Origin: a virus
Taxonomy: Duplodnaviria; Caudoviricetes
DNA length: 64,000 nt
IMG/VR virus record: IMGVR_UViG_3300020050_015145
Span: 8,208 to 72,207 of that record
Direction: 5' to 3' (one strand)
Shown here: positions 1 through 8,804 of the stretch, piece after piece
Layout: each line of letters starts with the position of its first letter
How positions within the stretch are numbered: the stretch's first letter is position 1
The notes under the pieces: model-generated
Database searches by the model: none
What the model was told of the DNA's origin: nothing
Seen by the model: only the letters and a program-made list of their open reading frames with translations
Made by a program: the position numbers and the translations under genes

Positions 1-210
1 GTTTCTGATTTTGGTGTGATATTCTCCCGAAAAGCTGTATTGAATATCGTCCTCGTACTTCTTTATTACTTTGTCGATTTTCAGTACCGCGCTTGACAAT
101 AGTTCATCAGCTTTCAGCGTGGCGTATTCTTCCATGTATTGCGCCAAATCGTCAATAGAAACCACATGGTCTTGAATATTTTTACTTTCTAAAAATTCGT
201 TAACGTTCAT
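1..210 (-). CDS. hypothetical protein, 3'-truncated by window edge
   Basis: Manual translation MNVNEFLESKNIQDHVVSIDDLAQYMEEYATLK... from ATG at 210, open to position 1. Confidence 0.5.
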   Translation of the reverse strand, partial: MNVNEFLESKNIQDHVVSIDDLAQYMEEYATLKADELLSSAVLKIDKVIKKYEDDIQYSFSGEYHTKIRN

Positions 211-309
211 CGTTTTGTTGGTTGAGATGTGTAAAATTTTGTTGAAGCAAACGTTTCTGGAAACCCATGTTGACTAATCGCATTTGATACATCCGCAAAT
301 GAGCCCTCA

Positions 310-501
310 TCAATCACCATTGTTCATTGTTAGTAGGGCATATTTCCCCCTATACTGCCCAGTAAATGGCAAACGAAACTGCCGAAGATCAGACAGTGAA
401 GAAACTAACGATAAATTTATCGTATCAATTAGAATTTCATTTTTTAAGTCATCCGCACAAATGTCCTCTGACTTTTTAAAGTAATGAAGTTTGTAAAACA
501 T
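310..501 (-). CDS. hypothetical protein; may continue by frameshift to about 207
   Basis: 63-aa ORF; an adjacent frame continues VIDEGSFADVSNAISQHGFPETF... Confidence 0.45.
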   Translation of the reverse strand: MFYKLHYFKKSEDICADDLKNEILIDTINLSLVSSLSDLRQFRLPFTGQYRGKYALLTMNNGD

Positions 502-534
502 GATTTTTTAATATTTGTAAGATTCAATGCTTCT

Positions 535-801
535 TTAAAAAGGGCAATATTCATTTTTGATTTTGATTAAATGCGGCCTTAAAAACTTTAAAGAGTAAAA
601 CTTTCCAGCAATACAATAGCCTATACTCCCCTTTTGATATACTTTCTTTATTTCGCGTCCAGTCTTACAATTAAAGCACTTTTTACAAGTTGTGAATTTG
701 TAATAAGGCGCAAAATCTATCTCGTATTTAAGGGTGTAAGTAATTGATATTGTGGTCATTTCCCCATATTTAAGTTTCGTCAATCCACTCGTTATGTGCA
801 A
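535..801 (-). CDS. hypothetical phage protein (true start possibly ATG at 759)
   Basis: ORF co-oriented with neighbours; CxxC-x2-C motif; 5' end overlaps the attC-like half-site. Confidence 0.55.
   Translation of the reverse strand: MHITSGLTKLKYGEMTTISITYTLKYEIDFAPYYKFTTCKKCFNCKTGREIKKVYQKGSIGYCIAGKFYSLKFLRPHLIKIKNEYCPF
772..799 (-). repeat. attC-like half-site (R'' plus left arm only)
   Basis: Minus strand GCACATAAC-GAGTG-GATTGACGAAAC; R'' is complementary (8/9) to the R' GTTATGTGT that opens the radical SAM cassette. Confidence 0.55.
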
Positions 802-819
802 TTTTATTTTTCATTTTTT

Positions 820-1770
820 TTACCCTCCCAAAAAATGATTTAATGATTTTCTATTCGGGTTATATTCGTAATCTTCCCAACTACACGAATTGAAGATTAT
901 CCTATTGTTTACATATCTTGTGTATGATTTTTGATACTTGTCTGACTTATTGTAAGGCATCACAAAAGGTTTGCATCCTAATTCCCTTAAAAATTCAACT
1001 CTGTAATAGTCTTGTTCTGGAGTTGTATCATAGCCAATTAAGACAAAGAATTGCATATTTTGACAAGGTATTCCCCATTTGTTACATCGTTCAATTCCTC
1101 TTATTATTACTCTTTCATCTTTGAACTGATCCCAAGCAAAAGTTAAATACTTCTTATTGAATTTAGAGTTTGAGTAATTAACTTTTGCTAATAATTCGGC
1201 TTGTCTATCTGAAAGTATGCGAATATTTAAACCTTGAACAAAACACACTTTTAATTTTAACTCTGCAATCCTTTCTAAATTAGACTGCCAATTTGTGCCA
1301 CCAAAAAAATCATTATCTAACAACATCAAATTTTTACCGCCTGATGGGTTGGTAAGTAGCTCGTCAATAGTGTTATAATTCTTTGGCTTTCCCTCCTTTG
1401 TTGGCACACAACAGAATGAACAGCTAAAACGACATCCTTTCATTGAAAATCCATAATGAAAAGGAGTGTTTGGGTATATTTCCCAATCCATTGTAGCAGC
1501 TTCAATTTCAGCAGGTAGTTTATTATAGAAATCTATTCCAGTTCCGCCAATCACCATATTATCGGGTATTTGTGGCATTTCTGAAAACTTAAATATTTTA
1601 CTTGCATAAATTTTATCGTATTGATTTGCAAATAAAATTCCCTCATACCAACTTACATCATCGCCAATAGATTTGTGATACCCACTAATCTTCATTAGTG
1701 CTATGTTTGGAAATTGAACGCCTTGATATTCCGTTCCATCAACTTGATATATTCCTATTCGTGCCATCAA
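820..1770 (-). CDS. radical SAM family protein
   Basis: GCRFSCSFC (CxxxCxxC) motif; FPNIALMKIS N-terminus; LLDNDF, GLNIR and FVLIGY barrel motifs. Confidence 0.85.
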   Translation of the reverse strand: MMARIGIYQVDGTEYQGVQFPNIALMKISGYHKSIGDDVSWYEGILFANQYDKIYASKIFKFSEMPQIPDNMVIGGTGIDFYNKLPAEIEAATMDWEIYPNTPFHYGFSMKGCRFSCSFCCVPTKEGKPKNYNTIDELLTNPSGGKNLMLLDNDFFGGTNWQSNLERIAELKLKVCFVQGLNIRILSDRQAELLAKVNYSNSKFNKKYLTFAWDQFKDERVIIRGIERCNKWGIPCQNMQFFVLIGYDTTPEQDYYRVEFLRELGCKPFVMPYNKSDKYQKSYTRYVNNRIIFNSCSWEDYEYNPNRKSLNHFLGG

Positions 1771-1821
1771 TGATTTAATGATTTAATTGCCCACGCACAA
1801 AAAATGAAAAAGAAAACAGAC

Positions 1822-1953
1822 ACATAACAGCACATTGCCAAAAGTGGCGATGTAGTGCTAAAATCAAGTGTAGTGCTTCTAATTTTCATTTGTGCTATGT
1901 TCAAAATTTGTACTTCTAATTCGCCACCTTCGGCAATCTGCAAAACGTTATGT
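1822..1953 (-). repeat. complete attC-like site (132 bp)
   Basis: ACATAAC-GTTTT-GCAGATTGCCGAAGGTGGCGA...TCGCCACTTTTGGCAATGTGC-T-GTTATGT imperfect palindrome; upstream stop codon abuts R''. Confidence 0.7.
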
Positions 1954-2298
1954 TTAATTGCTCGTTCCTCGCAACTCCGCTTCGCTAAACATAACACAGT
2001 ATTTGCGATAATAATTTAAAACCTCTGAGCGTAACCATTTCTCAGCAAAGTTTTTTAATTCATCTACTGTGTCGCCAAAGCCACTATACATTACCCTGTT
2101 TTTGTATCGTATCATTAAAGTAAGTCCACAATTATTTGGCTTTATATCATCTCTAATACTTTTACTTCCTTTATCATAAATACCATCACAATCGTAACGT
2201 ATATCAAATTCATACGCTCCTACTGTGGCTTTTGCTGTGGCATAATCAAGACCAAAAAACTTTGCTTGTTCTACCCAATTATTAATTTTTGTTTCCAT
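1954..2298 (-). CDS. hypothetical protein
   Basis: 114-aa ORF lying between two attC-like elements. Confidence 0.7.
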   Translation of the reverse strand: METKINNWVEQAKFFGLDYATAKATVGAYEFDIRYDCDGIYDKGSKSIRDDIKPNNCGLTLMIRYKNRVMYSGFGDTVDELKNFAEKWLRSEVLNYYRKYCVMFSEAELRGTSN

Positions 2299-2325
2299 AT
2301 TAAATTCTCGTTAAGGTTTTAAATT

Positions 2326-2354
2326 ACTACGCAAATACTGATACCGTTAGTGGC
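2326..2354 (-). repeat. attC-like half-site (R'' plus left arm only)
   Basis: GCCACTAAC-GGTAT-CAGTATTTGCGTAG; R'' is an exact complement of the R' GTTAGTGGC at 2737-2745. Confidence 0.6.
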
Positions 2355-2399
2355 AACCGTAGGACACCCGACACCGAGCATCCTACGAACCACAAAAAA

Positions 2400-2678
2400 T
2401 TAAATCCTTGTATTGCCTTCTTCAAACGCTTCGGCAGGTGAAAATGATTTGTAGCCATCTTTGTAAACTACATAATAGCCACCTACTTGTGGTTTGTGCT
2501 TATGTAAATAATCTACTTCAACTCTAAAAGGTGCATAACCTTCTTCTTCGGGAGTAATAATTGCACTTCCATCGCTTTCACGATTTTCACCTTCTCCATC
2601 TCTTACAATGGATTTAATTTTTAAAGCCCATACTTCTTTATGGCTTCTGTACTTTGGCATTTCTACTGATACACTCAT
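2400..2678 (-). CDS. small conserved phage protein (GYYVVYKDGYKSFSPAEAFEEG family)
   Basis: C-terminal motif I recognise as common in phages and often fused to DUF2829. Confidence 0.75.
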   Translation of the reverse strand: MSVSVEMPKYRSHKEVWALKIKSIVRDGEGENRESDGSAIITPEEEGYAPFRVEVDYLHKHKPQVGGYYVVYKDGYKSFSPAEAFEEGNTRI

Positions 2679-2738
2679 ATTGTTTTTTTGTGGGTTTTAT
2701 AACTCCGCCCAGAAGTTTTATCGTGAGAAAACGGCAGC

Positions 2739-2822
2739 CACTAACACGGGTTTGGCAAAATGGCTTTCCGACACACAAGCCAACGCACAAAAGCCACTTC
2801 GCCAAGCCCGAAAACGTTACCC
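2739..2822 (-). repeat. complete attC-like site (84 bp)
   Basis: GGGTAAC-GTTTT-CGGGCTTGGCGAAGTGGCTTT...AAAGCCATTTTGCCAAACCCG-T-GTTAGTG; same architecture as 1822-1953. Confidence 0.7.
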
Positions 2823-2878
2823 GCCACACCTTCCCACCCTCTCCCCGCAATTTTTACATTTAACCCATCGCTTGCTTG

Positions 2879-4618
2879 TCACTCTCGTTCCAAACCCGCA
2901 CTTCGGACACATACCCGCCCCAACGCCTCGGCCCATACTTTCATTTGCCTTGGTACCACACTGTTTCCGATAAATTTCTTTTGGTCGGTCTGCGTACCTT
3001 TCAAGACATAACCGGCTGGAAACCCCTGAATAAGCAAAAGCTCCTTTACCATCAGCATCCGCATATAAATATCCGCAATGCCCGCCGCCCGCATAAACTG
3101 CTTGATTTTTACCATGGCCTCGCTGTCGGTGGAATTAATTTCCCAATAAGGCGAACCCGTGGCCAGCGTAACCATACCAATAGGCGCTTTGTCCTGACGG
3201 GCAATAATAACTGGGCTGGGCACTTCTAAGCTGTGCGTTGCGCCTCCGTGATTAGTCGTCACCAAATAATGATGGTGGTCCGTCACACGGTTGCCCGTGA
3301 GTAGAGTAGGAGCGGGTTCATCCAATGATTTCGGTAAGTTGCTGTGCTGATTGGTCATCAAATAACTGGAGCTTACCAAGCTAAACCTATCTTTGGTGGA
3401 CAATGCTCCGCAGGGAACATCGGTACTGTGCGCCTCTTTTTCGGTGCCGTTGTATTTTAACAAAAACTCAGGGCTTACAATCGCGTGGCGGTTCTCAGTC
3501 GTCACCGTCAAACACGGTTCGTCCATTCCTCTCAAACGATTGTCATTGCTTCCTGAATAATACGTCATCACAAACGGTTCGGGCGTTACAAGCGACATTT
3601 TACTTTGTGTTGTAATCGTAGAGGCTGGATTGTCAATAGCCATAACCCGACAATCATCATTGCCCGAAAACTGACTGCTTAAAAACGGCTCCACACTTGC
3701 CAACGAATGACTATCCGTCGTGGTCATGGCACCCGCAGGCACGTCCAATGCAACACACTTGCCTTCCGGATCTCCTGAATAATGTTTCTGCAAAAACTCC
3801 TTATCCCCCTTCACCACGTGCTTTATCAGGCCCGCAAAAATCCGCTTCAGCGTCTTTTCAACCAACGGTATTTTTCGGGTAAAAATAGATTCCCCTTTCT
3901 CCGAAAGGTCCAAAACCTCCCGTACCGGCATCCATTTTTTCAACTTCTCGTTATACATCGTAGAGGCTTTCGGGGTTTTTGCGTGTGTCGGCTCAGGCCA
4001 TGCCACAGGCATTCCATTTTTGGAAAACATAGCATAGTACCTAAGCCTCGATGTATAAGCCCCGTAATCCGCTGCGTTCAATAGCCGATGCGAATAACAA
4101 TAGCCCAACTCCTCAATGTCCCGCGTCCAGCGCACGTACTCCCGCCCTTTTTGTCGGCTAATAGGCTTCCCTTTGTCGTCCAGCGGCCCCCACGACATAA
4201 ATTCCCGTACGTTTTCAACCGTAAAATAATCAGGGCTCAACGCCTTAATATACATCGGCATAAACTCCGCCAAACTGCGGCTGTCTCCGTCCCGAGGCTT
4301 ACCACCCTTGGCGTTACTGAAGTTGGTACATTCCAAACTCGCATGAAGCACCACCAACACTCTACGCCCTATACGTTGCAATTTCTCCCGTTCTACCTTT
4401 GCCAATTCGGCTACTTTCTTCACTACGGCCATATCCCGAATGTCTTCCGTAAAATGATGCGTGTCGGGATGGTTGGCCGCGTGGCTTTCAATGGCTTTGG
4501 CATCGTGATTAACCCCTGCCAGTACCCGAAATTCAACACCTGGTACAGATGCCTGTTCAAACCCTTCGGGCACGCCTCCGGCTCCACAAAATAAATCTAT
4601 GATTAAAATAGTTGTCAT
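2879..4618 (-). CDS. DNA (cytosine-5)-methyltransferase
   Basis: DLFCGAGG (motif I), SLECTNFS (catalytic Cys), ENV, RLR, IGNSV motifs; long repeat-containing variable region. Confidence 0.92.
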   Translation of the reverse strand: MTTILIIDLFCGAGGVPEGFEQASVPGVEFRVLAGVNHDAKAIESHAANHPDTHHFTEDIRDMAVVKKVAELAKVEREKLQRIGRRVLVVLHASLECTNFSNAKGGKPRDGDSRSLAEFMPMYIKALSPDYFTVENVREFMSWGPLDDKGKPISRQKGREYVRWTRDIEELGYCYSHRLLNAADYGAYTSRLRYYAMFSKNGMPVAWPEPTHAKTPKASTMYNEKLKKWMPVREVLDLSEKGESIFTRKIPLVEKTLKRIFAGLIKHVVKGDKEFLQKHYSGDPEGKCVALDVPAGAMTTTDSHSLASVEPFLSSQFSGNDDCRVMAIDNPASTITTQSKMSLVTPEPFVMTYYSGSNDNRLRGMDEPCLTVTTENRHAIVSPEFLLKYNGTEKEAHSTDVPCGALSTKDRFSLVSSSYLMTNQHSNLPKSLDEPAPTLLTGNRVTDHHHYLVTTNHGGATHSLEVPSPVIIARQDKAPIGMVTLATGSPYWEINSTDSEAMVKIKQFMRAAGIADIYMRMLMVKELLLIQGFPAGYVLKGTQTDQKKFIGNSVVPRQMKVWAEALGRVCVRSAGLERE

Positions 4619-4630
4619 CTTTATTTTTGG

Positions 4631-4924
4631 TTACACAATAAAACTTACCAAACGAAATTCAATTTTGTGCTGACATTCCCCTTTTTCGTTTGGCTCAAAA
4701 CGGGAGACGGGCTGGTGAGAGTAATGCACGGGAATCAGATTGGGAGGGGCTTCGCCGGTTATTCTAAGTTCTAACCTTTCAATACTTTTGGTTGACTCCG
4801 GAACATTTACAAACCGCATACACCTCTCTTTGTGCGGGCAAGACCGGTTGTTGCACCGGCTCACGTCATCAGGCAGTGCTTCCATCCTTAAAAAAGTCAG
4901 TTGGCTTATTTCCCGCCATGGCAA
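4631..4924 (-). CDS. hypothetical Cys-rich phage protein
   Basis: DVSRCNNRSCPHKERCMRF...GECQH. Confidence 0.6.
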   Translation of the reverse strand: MPWREISQLTFLRMEALPDDVSRCNNRSCPHKERCMRFVNVPESTKSIERLELRITGEAPPNLIPVHYSHQPVSRFEPNEKGECQHKIEFRLVSFIV

Positions 4925-5255
4925 AACCTATGAATCGCCCCAGTTCAATAGAAAGTCCGTGATGCTTACAAAAGATGCCGCATAAATTCCGCATTTTCCG
5001 ACTGCTGCTCACCTGTTCTTTTTGGGCCTGAAACAATCGGTCGTTTTCGGCCAACGTGCGTTTTAGCTCAATTTGCCCGTGTTTAACTTCCGCTTTCAGT
5101 ATTTCAATTTCGCGACACTTTCTTTTTTCAAATTCTTTGGTTTGCTCGGTAAGCATATCCAGCCTTTCTGACAGTGTAGCACAGTAGCGAAGCAATAAAT
5201 TGACCTTGTTGGCATCCGGCAACTGGTCGAATGTGATGGGAGGAAGTAGATTCAT
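4869..5255 (-). CDS. hypothetical coiled-coil protein
   Basis: 128-aa ORF, start overlaps stop of upstream gene. Confidence 0.6.
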   Translation of the reverse strand: MNLLPPITFDQLPDANKVNLLLRYCATLSERLDMLTEQTKEFEKRKCREIEILKAEVKHGQIELKRTLAENDRLFQAQKEQVSSSRKMRNLCGIFCKHHGLSIELGRFIGFAMAGNKPTDFFKDGSTA

Positions 5256-5809
5256 AATGCTTTTTTGAGTTTAGCGTGTAATGCCTCTAACCATAGGCAT
5301 TCTCTGTTTTTCTTGGTCACAATAAAACCCCAAGGCTCACTGATAGACTTGAATTCTTCTTCAACAAACTCTTTGTCGTAACTATAATCGTCAATCAGGT
5401 AGTAATCAAGGCGTTTAATAAACGAATAGAAGTTATCAACAAAAAAGTGTTCTGATGGGCATTCCGCGCATTCGTTTTGAAAGCTATTCAGCTTTTCCCG
5501 CATATCTGCCTGAAAATCCAAATTCTTATACCATGGCAAAATAGCCTCTCTGATATGTTTGCGAATGGCCGAAAATGTTCTTTTTACATCTACTTCAGTA
5601 CAGCTTGCCGAACCAAGTAATTTATTTGCAAAATAATCTACATTGATTTGGCAAAGAAAGCTTCGTAATGGCATACCCATTGCACCCCAATACATTGAAT
5701 AGTTATGTCCGTAATCACTGATTGTGATTTTACCCTGACCATTCCCCATATCTTCAAGGAAAATATCAGCACTCTCAATTTTGATTCGGTCGGGAGCGAT
5801 TGCGTTCAT
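5252..5809 (-). CDS. hypothetical phage protein
   Basis: 185-aa ORF, GKITISDYG...YWGAMG motif. Confidence 0.7.
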   Translation of the reverse strand: MNAIAPDRIKIESADIFLEDMGNGQGKITISDYGHNYSMYWGAMGMPLRSFLCQINVDYFANKLLGSASCTEVDVKRTFSAIRKHIREAILPWYKNLDFQADMREKLNSFQNECAECPSEHFFVDNFYSFIKRLDYYLIDDYSYDKEFVEEEFKSISEPWGFIVTKKNRECLWLEALHAKLKKAL

Positions 5810-5837
5810 TTTGGTTAGATTAGAAATTGAAAAATAA

Positions 5838-5856
5838 CCCCGCCATTACAGCGGGG
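5838..5856. terminator. hairpin, putative intrinsic terminator
   Basis: CCCCGC-N7-GCGGGG in the intergenic gap; T-rich tail on the minus strand. Confidence 0.5.
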
Positions 5857-5876
5857 CGGTAGGGTAAAGGGTAGCA

Positions 5877-6497
5877 CTATTTCTTTTTACGTTTCGGCTT
5901 CAGTTCTCCCCCGTCAAAATCAGCTTCATCGCCGAAAATATCATCCAGCTCCGATGGCACTCCCGCATCTTCAGCCGTCCTTTCCAACTCATTGGCTGCT
6001 TTCTCATCCTCCAGCGTCAACTGCAATTCTTCGGCACTCATCGGACGGGTATCCACCACAATGTTGGTGAGAGGATTGTAATACTCAAAAATCTTCTTTT
6101 CCATGTTTTTGCGACGCGGGAAAAACTCTCTGATTTCTTTTTGGGACATTTTGCGCGTTTCAATCAGGTCAGAGTTTTCGGGATGATAGTATTCAAATTC
6201 CAGTGTATTGCCGTTGATTTTTTTGATGGCTTCCACCTGTTCAAATTTATACCCATCGTTCAGGTAGTTGCCTGTAATGTTCATTTCTGCCTCTTTGGCT
6301 TCAATGCGACTTTTCCAAGTGGACATGGCGGACTTTTTGTCCAGTTCCATCTGGTTTTTGTCCTTGCGTTGGGTGTTCAGCTCCGCACCTAAGTTGATCA
6401 ACTCTTTATCATCGAATACGTGTTTGTACTCCACGCGTTCGGTTTTTTCGGGAAACGTAAACTGAACAACTTCTTCCTGTATGTCTTGATTTTGCAT
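5877..6497 (-). CDS. hypothetical phage protein with internal duplication
   Basis: FEYYHPENSDLIETRKMS / FEYYNPLTNIVVDTRPMS repeat; acidic C-terminus. Confidence 0.75.
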   Translation of the reverse strand: MQNQDIQEEVVQFTFPEKTERVEYKHVFDDKELINLGAELNTQRKDKNQMELDKKSAMSTWKSRIEAKEAEMNITGNYLNDGYKFEQVEAIKKINGNTLEFEYYHPENSDLIETRKMSQKEIREFFPRRKNMEKKIFEYYNPLTNIVVDTRPMSAEELQLTLEDEKAANELERTAEDAGVPSELDDIFGDEADFDGGELKPKRKKK

Positions 6498-6531
6498 GAT
6501 TGTAATTAGTAAAAAGGTTTGATTGAATTGA

Positions 6532-6834
6532 TTAAATAATTTCCCAGTCTTGGGCTAAAAGATTGGAGACAGAAAGAAAACTTTGAGCGGAACTTGGCCC
6601 TTTATCGGGATGAATCCGCTGTGCATACGGAAGTTTAATTCCTTCTTCGTCGGTACCGAACTCAAAATGTTTCGGATGAATGCCGTGAATGGTTTCGACC
6701 GCATCTGCACCAATGGGATAACTGCCCTTTTTAAGTTTCAGATGCACACCCTCAGCCCAGTGCGGGCGACGAATTCCCTGCTCATCTTTGAAGGCTTCCA
6801 GCGCTTGGCTGAATGTTAAGTTTTGCTTTGGCAT
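6532..6834 (-). CDS. DUF2829/Tad2-like protein (Thoeris anti-defence 2 family candidate)
   Basis: TFSQALEAFK...RRPHW...LSVSNLLAQDWEII resembles the family signature F.eAl..lk.G..v.R..W / s..DllA.DW.iv. Confidence 0.6.
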   Translation of the reverse strand: MPKQNLTFSQALEAFKDEQGIRRPHWAEGVHLKLKKGSYPIGADAVETIHGIHPKHFEFGTDEEGIKLPYAQRIHPDKGPSSAQSFLSVSNLLAQDWEII

Positions 6835-6848
6835 AAAATAATTTATTT

Positions 6849-7220
6849 TTAAGGTTCAACTACATCAGTTATTTCAATCACATATTTTTCAAGCGATTCA
6901 CTTGCAACCCGCACCTGCCTGAATTCGGGAATGCCTATAATTCGCATTTTGTCATCTTTGATGATGTGGGCGTTTTTAACAGCGTCCATCGGAATCTTCA
7001 TCGTGCAGGCCAGATTATCAAAGTCTTCCATAATCTTGATTCCGTAGCGGGTAATAATCACCTTAACTTTTCCGAGGTGTCTGTTTCCTTTGGCCTGACT
7101 CAAAAACAACCACGTCCACGTTTCTTTTAATCGGGCGCGGTCACGATAATGCAGGTTTATCAAACCTTCTTTGCCGTTTAGCCCATGAACGCGCCCGGGG
7201 ATGGTTAGGATAGTGGTCAT
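6849..7220 (-). CDS. RusA-like Holliday junction resolvase
   Basis: DFDNL...KIPMDAV...IIKDD motifs. Confidence 0.7.
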   Translation of the reverse strand: MTTILTIPGRVHGLNGKEGLINLHYRDRARLKETWTWLFLSQAKGNRHLGKVKVIITRYGIKIMEDFDNLACTMKIPMDAVKNAHIIKDDKMRIIGIPEFRQVRVASESLEKYVIEITDVVEP

Positions 7221-7253
7221 TTAGATAGGGTCAATTGTTTGGTTTTGGCGTTT

Positions 7254-7592
7254 TTATAGCTTCGTTCTCATTTTACCCATATCCACCTCCGGTATTCCTC
7301 CCGCCCGATTCACCCTTCTTGAAATCACGTTTTTATCCGAGGGCAGTCTCAAAAAAGAAACCTTCGTATCGGCCAAATAGAAATCGTAACGCGAATGAAT
7401 CGTTGGAGGGATAGGCTCAAGAACGGGCCTTCCGTCCTTGGTAAAGTCACCCGTGGCAAGTCCTGCCGTGTAAGCTGTTGTGGTGGCATTGGGGCGTTCG
7501 TTGACATAAACGCGTACCGTATTGCCTTTTCGTATCACTTCCGACAATGGCGGAAGTACGGATTTATTGGTAGGGATAGTGTGATTTTGCAT
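7254..7592 (-). CDS. hypothetical protein
   Basis: 112-aa ORF in operon. Confidence 0.6.
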   Translation of the reverse strand: MQNHTIPTNKSVLPPLSEVIRKGNTVRVYVNERPNATTTAYTAGLATGDFTKDGRPVLEPIPPTIHSRYDFYLADTKVSFLRLPSDKNVISRRVNRAGGIPEVDMGKMRTKL

Positions 7593-7628
7593 GTTTAGGT
7601 TTTTGATAAGGACATTTATGTCCCTGTG

Positions 7629-8804
7629 TTAATTTTCAAGGTCAATGGGTGCAATTTCCTTTTTGGTCCATTCGGGAAGCGTTAATTCAATGATACCGCG
7701 ATGCCCGAATTCGGCACGGGCGTCAAAGCCGGGGAATAACTTGGAGTCCAGGCATTTCTTTACATCGACAATAGCCGAACGGTATCGGTATTTCCCCACG
7801 TGCAAATCATCGGCGGAGTACATAAATACCGCAGGTAAAAACGGCTCAACGGTTTGCAACATCACACAGATAACCGCATTGAAATGCCGCCCCGTGATTT
7901 GAGAAGCAACCTCCAAGTACATTCCTTCGGCCATGTGGTACTGGAATTTGGCCGCATCGTAGGCAAATTTCTCCACCGTTTCGGCGCTGGTGGTCTTGAA
8001 GGAAATAATAGCGTTGCATCCGATATTTTCTTCCAGTTGCAGTCCATCGGGGCGAATCTTAACGGGTAGTCCCGTTTCCGGATCGTGACCGTAAAAGCTT
8101 ACTTCGTTCGCCGAGCCTTTCATTATTGCAGGAAGAATCCCTCCGCCGTAGGTGTAATAGTGTCTGCGCACCAACTCGATCTTTCGCTTCGATACTTCGT
8201 CAACGGTGATTTTCCCGCATCGCTTCACCAGCTCCTCGCGGTACCGCTTCAAGCCGTCCTGTTTTGCGACGTTCAGCCCCGAGCGCTTCAAGGCATCTTT
8301 GGCGTTTTTCAAAAGGTGTTTTTTACCTTTTTTCTTCATTACGTCTTTCAGGGTCTTTTCCCAAAACTCAATGGATTTCTTCACACCTTCCGTGGTGGCC
8401 ATACTGTAATTGGGCTCCACGATCAAGGCATCAAACAAATCGGGCTCCAAAAACGCCATGTGGCAAAACGTGCCGAATTCAAAGGCTTTTTTAGAAGCCA
8501 CAGGGATTTTCTCGTGCAGGTAACACCAGTAGTGTAACGGCGTTTTCAATATCTGCTTCAAAGCGCTGGCACTGTTGGCCGGAGCGGTCAGGTACTTGGT
8601 CATTTCATCCTGAATCACCGTGCCGTAAAGTGACAGCTGAGGAAGCAACTCTTTAACTTCCAGCGTTTTTTTGCGGTGCAGGATGTGACTGACCACGTCT
8701 TGAATAGTGGCGTAGTCGTCGGGATTGTAAGAGAGCGGGTTGATTTCCCGCTCTTCTACTGTCGCATTTCCCAATGCGCTCAACATTTCATCAACGCTAA
8801 GCAC
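7629..8804 (-). CDS. PD-(D/E)XK exonuclease (RecE/exonuclease VIII-like)
   Basis: SASALKQILKTP..Y, FEFGTFCH, VKIRPDGL...SFKTT, QYHMAEGMY motifs. Confidence 0.8.
   Translation of the reverse strand: MLSVDEMLSALGNATVEEREINPLSYNPDDYATIQDVVSHILHRKKTLEVKELLPQLSLYGTVIQDEMTKYLTAPANSASALKQILKTPLHYWCYLHEKIPVASKKAFEFGTFCHMAFLEPDLFDALIVEPNYSMATTEGVKKSIEFWEKTLKDVMKKKGKKHLLKNAKDALKRSGLNVAKQDGLKRYREELVKRCGKITVDEVSKRKIELVRRHYYTYGGGILPAIMKGSANEVSFYGHDPETGLPVKIRPDGLQLEENIGCNAIISFKTTSAETVEKFAYDAAKFQYHMAEGMYLEVASQITGRHFNAVICVMLQTVEPFLPAVFMYSADDLHVGKYRYRSAIVDVKKCLDSKLFPGFDARAEFGHRGIIELTLPEWTKKEIAPIDLEN

Noticed and set aside
207-501. Programmed frameshift in the first small ORF
   Set aside because: The adjacent frame continues plausibly but there is no slippery heptamer; more likely a mutation or sequencing indel.
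1767-1997. 76-aa ORF (also 2638-2850 and 2654-2863)
   Set aside because: These are read-throughs of attC-like palindromes, not likely genes.
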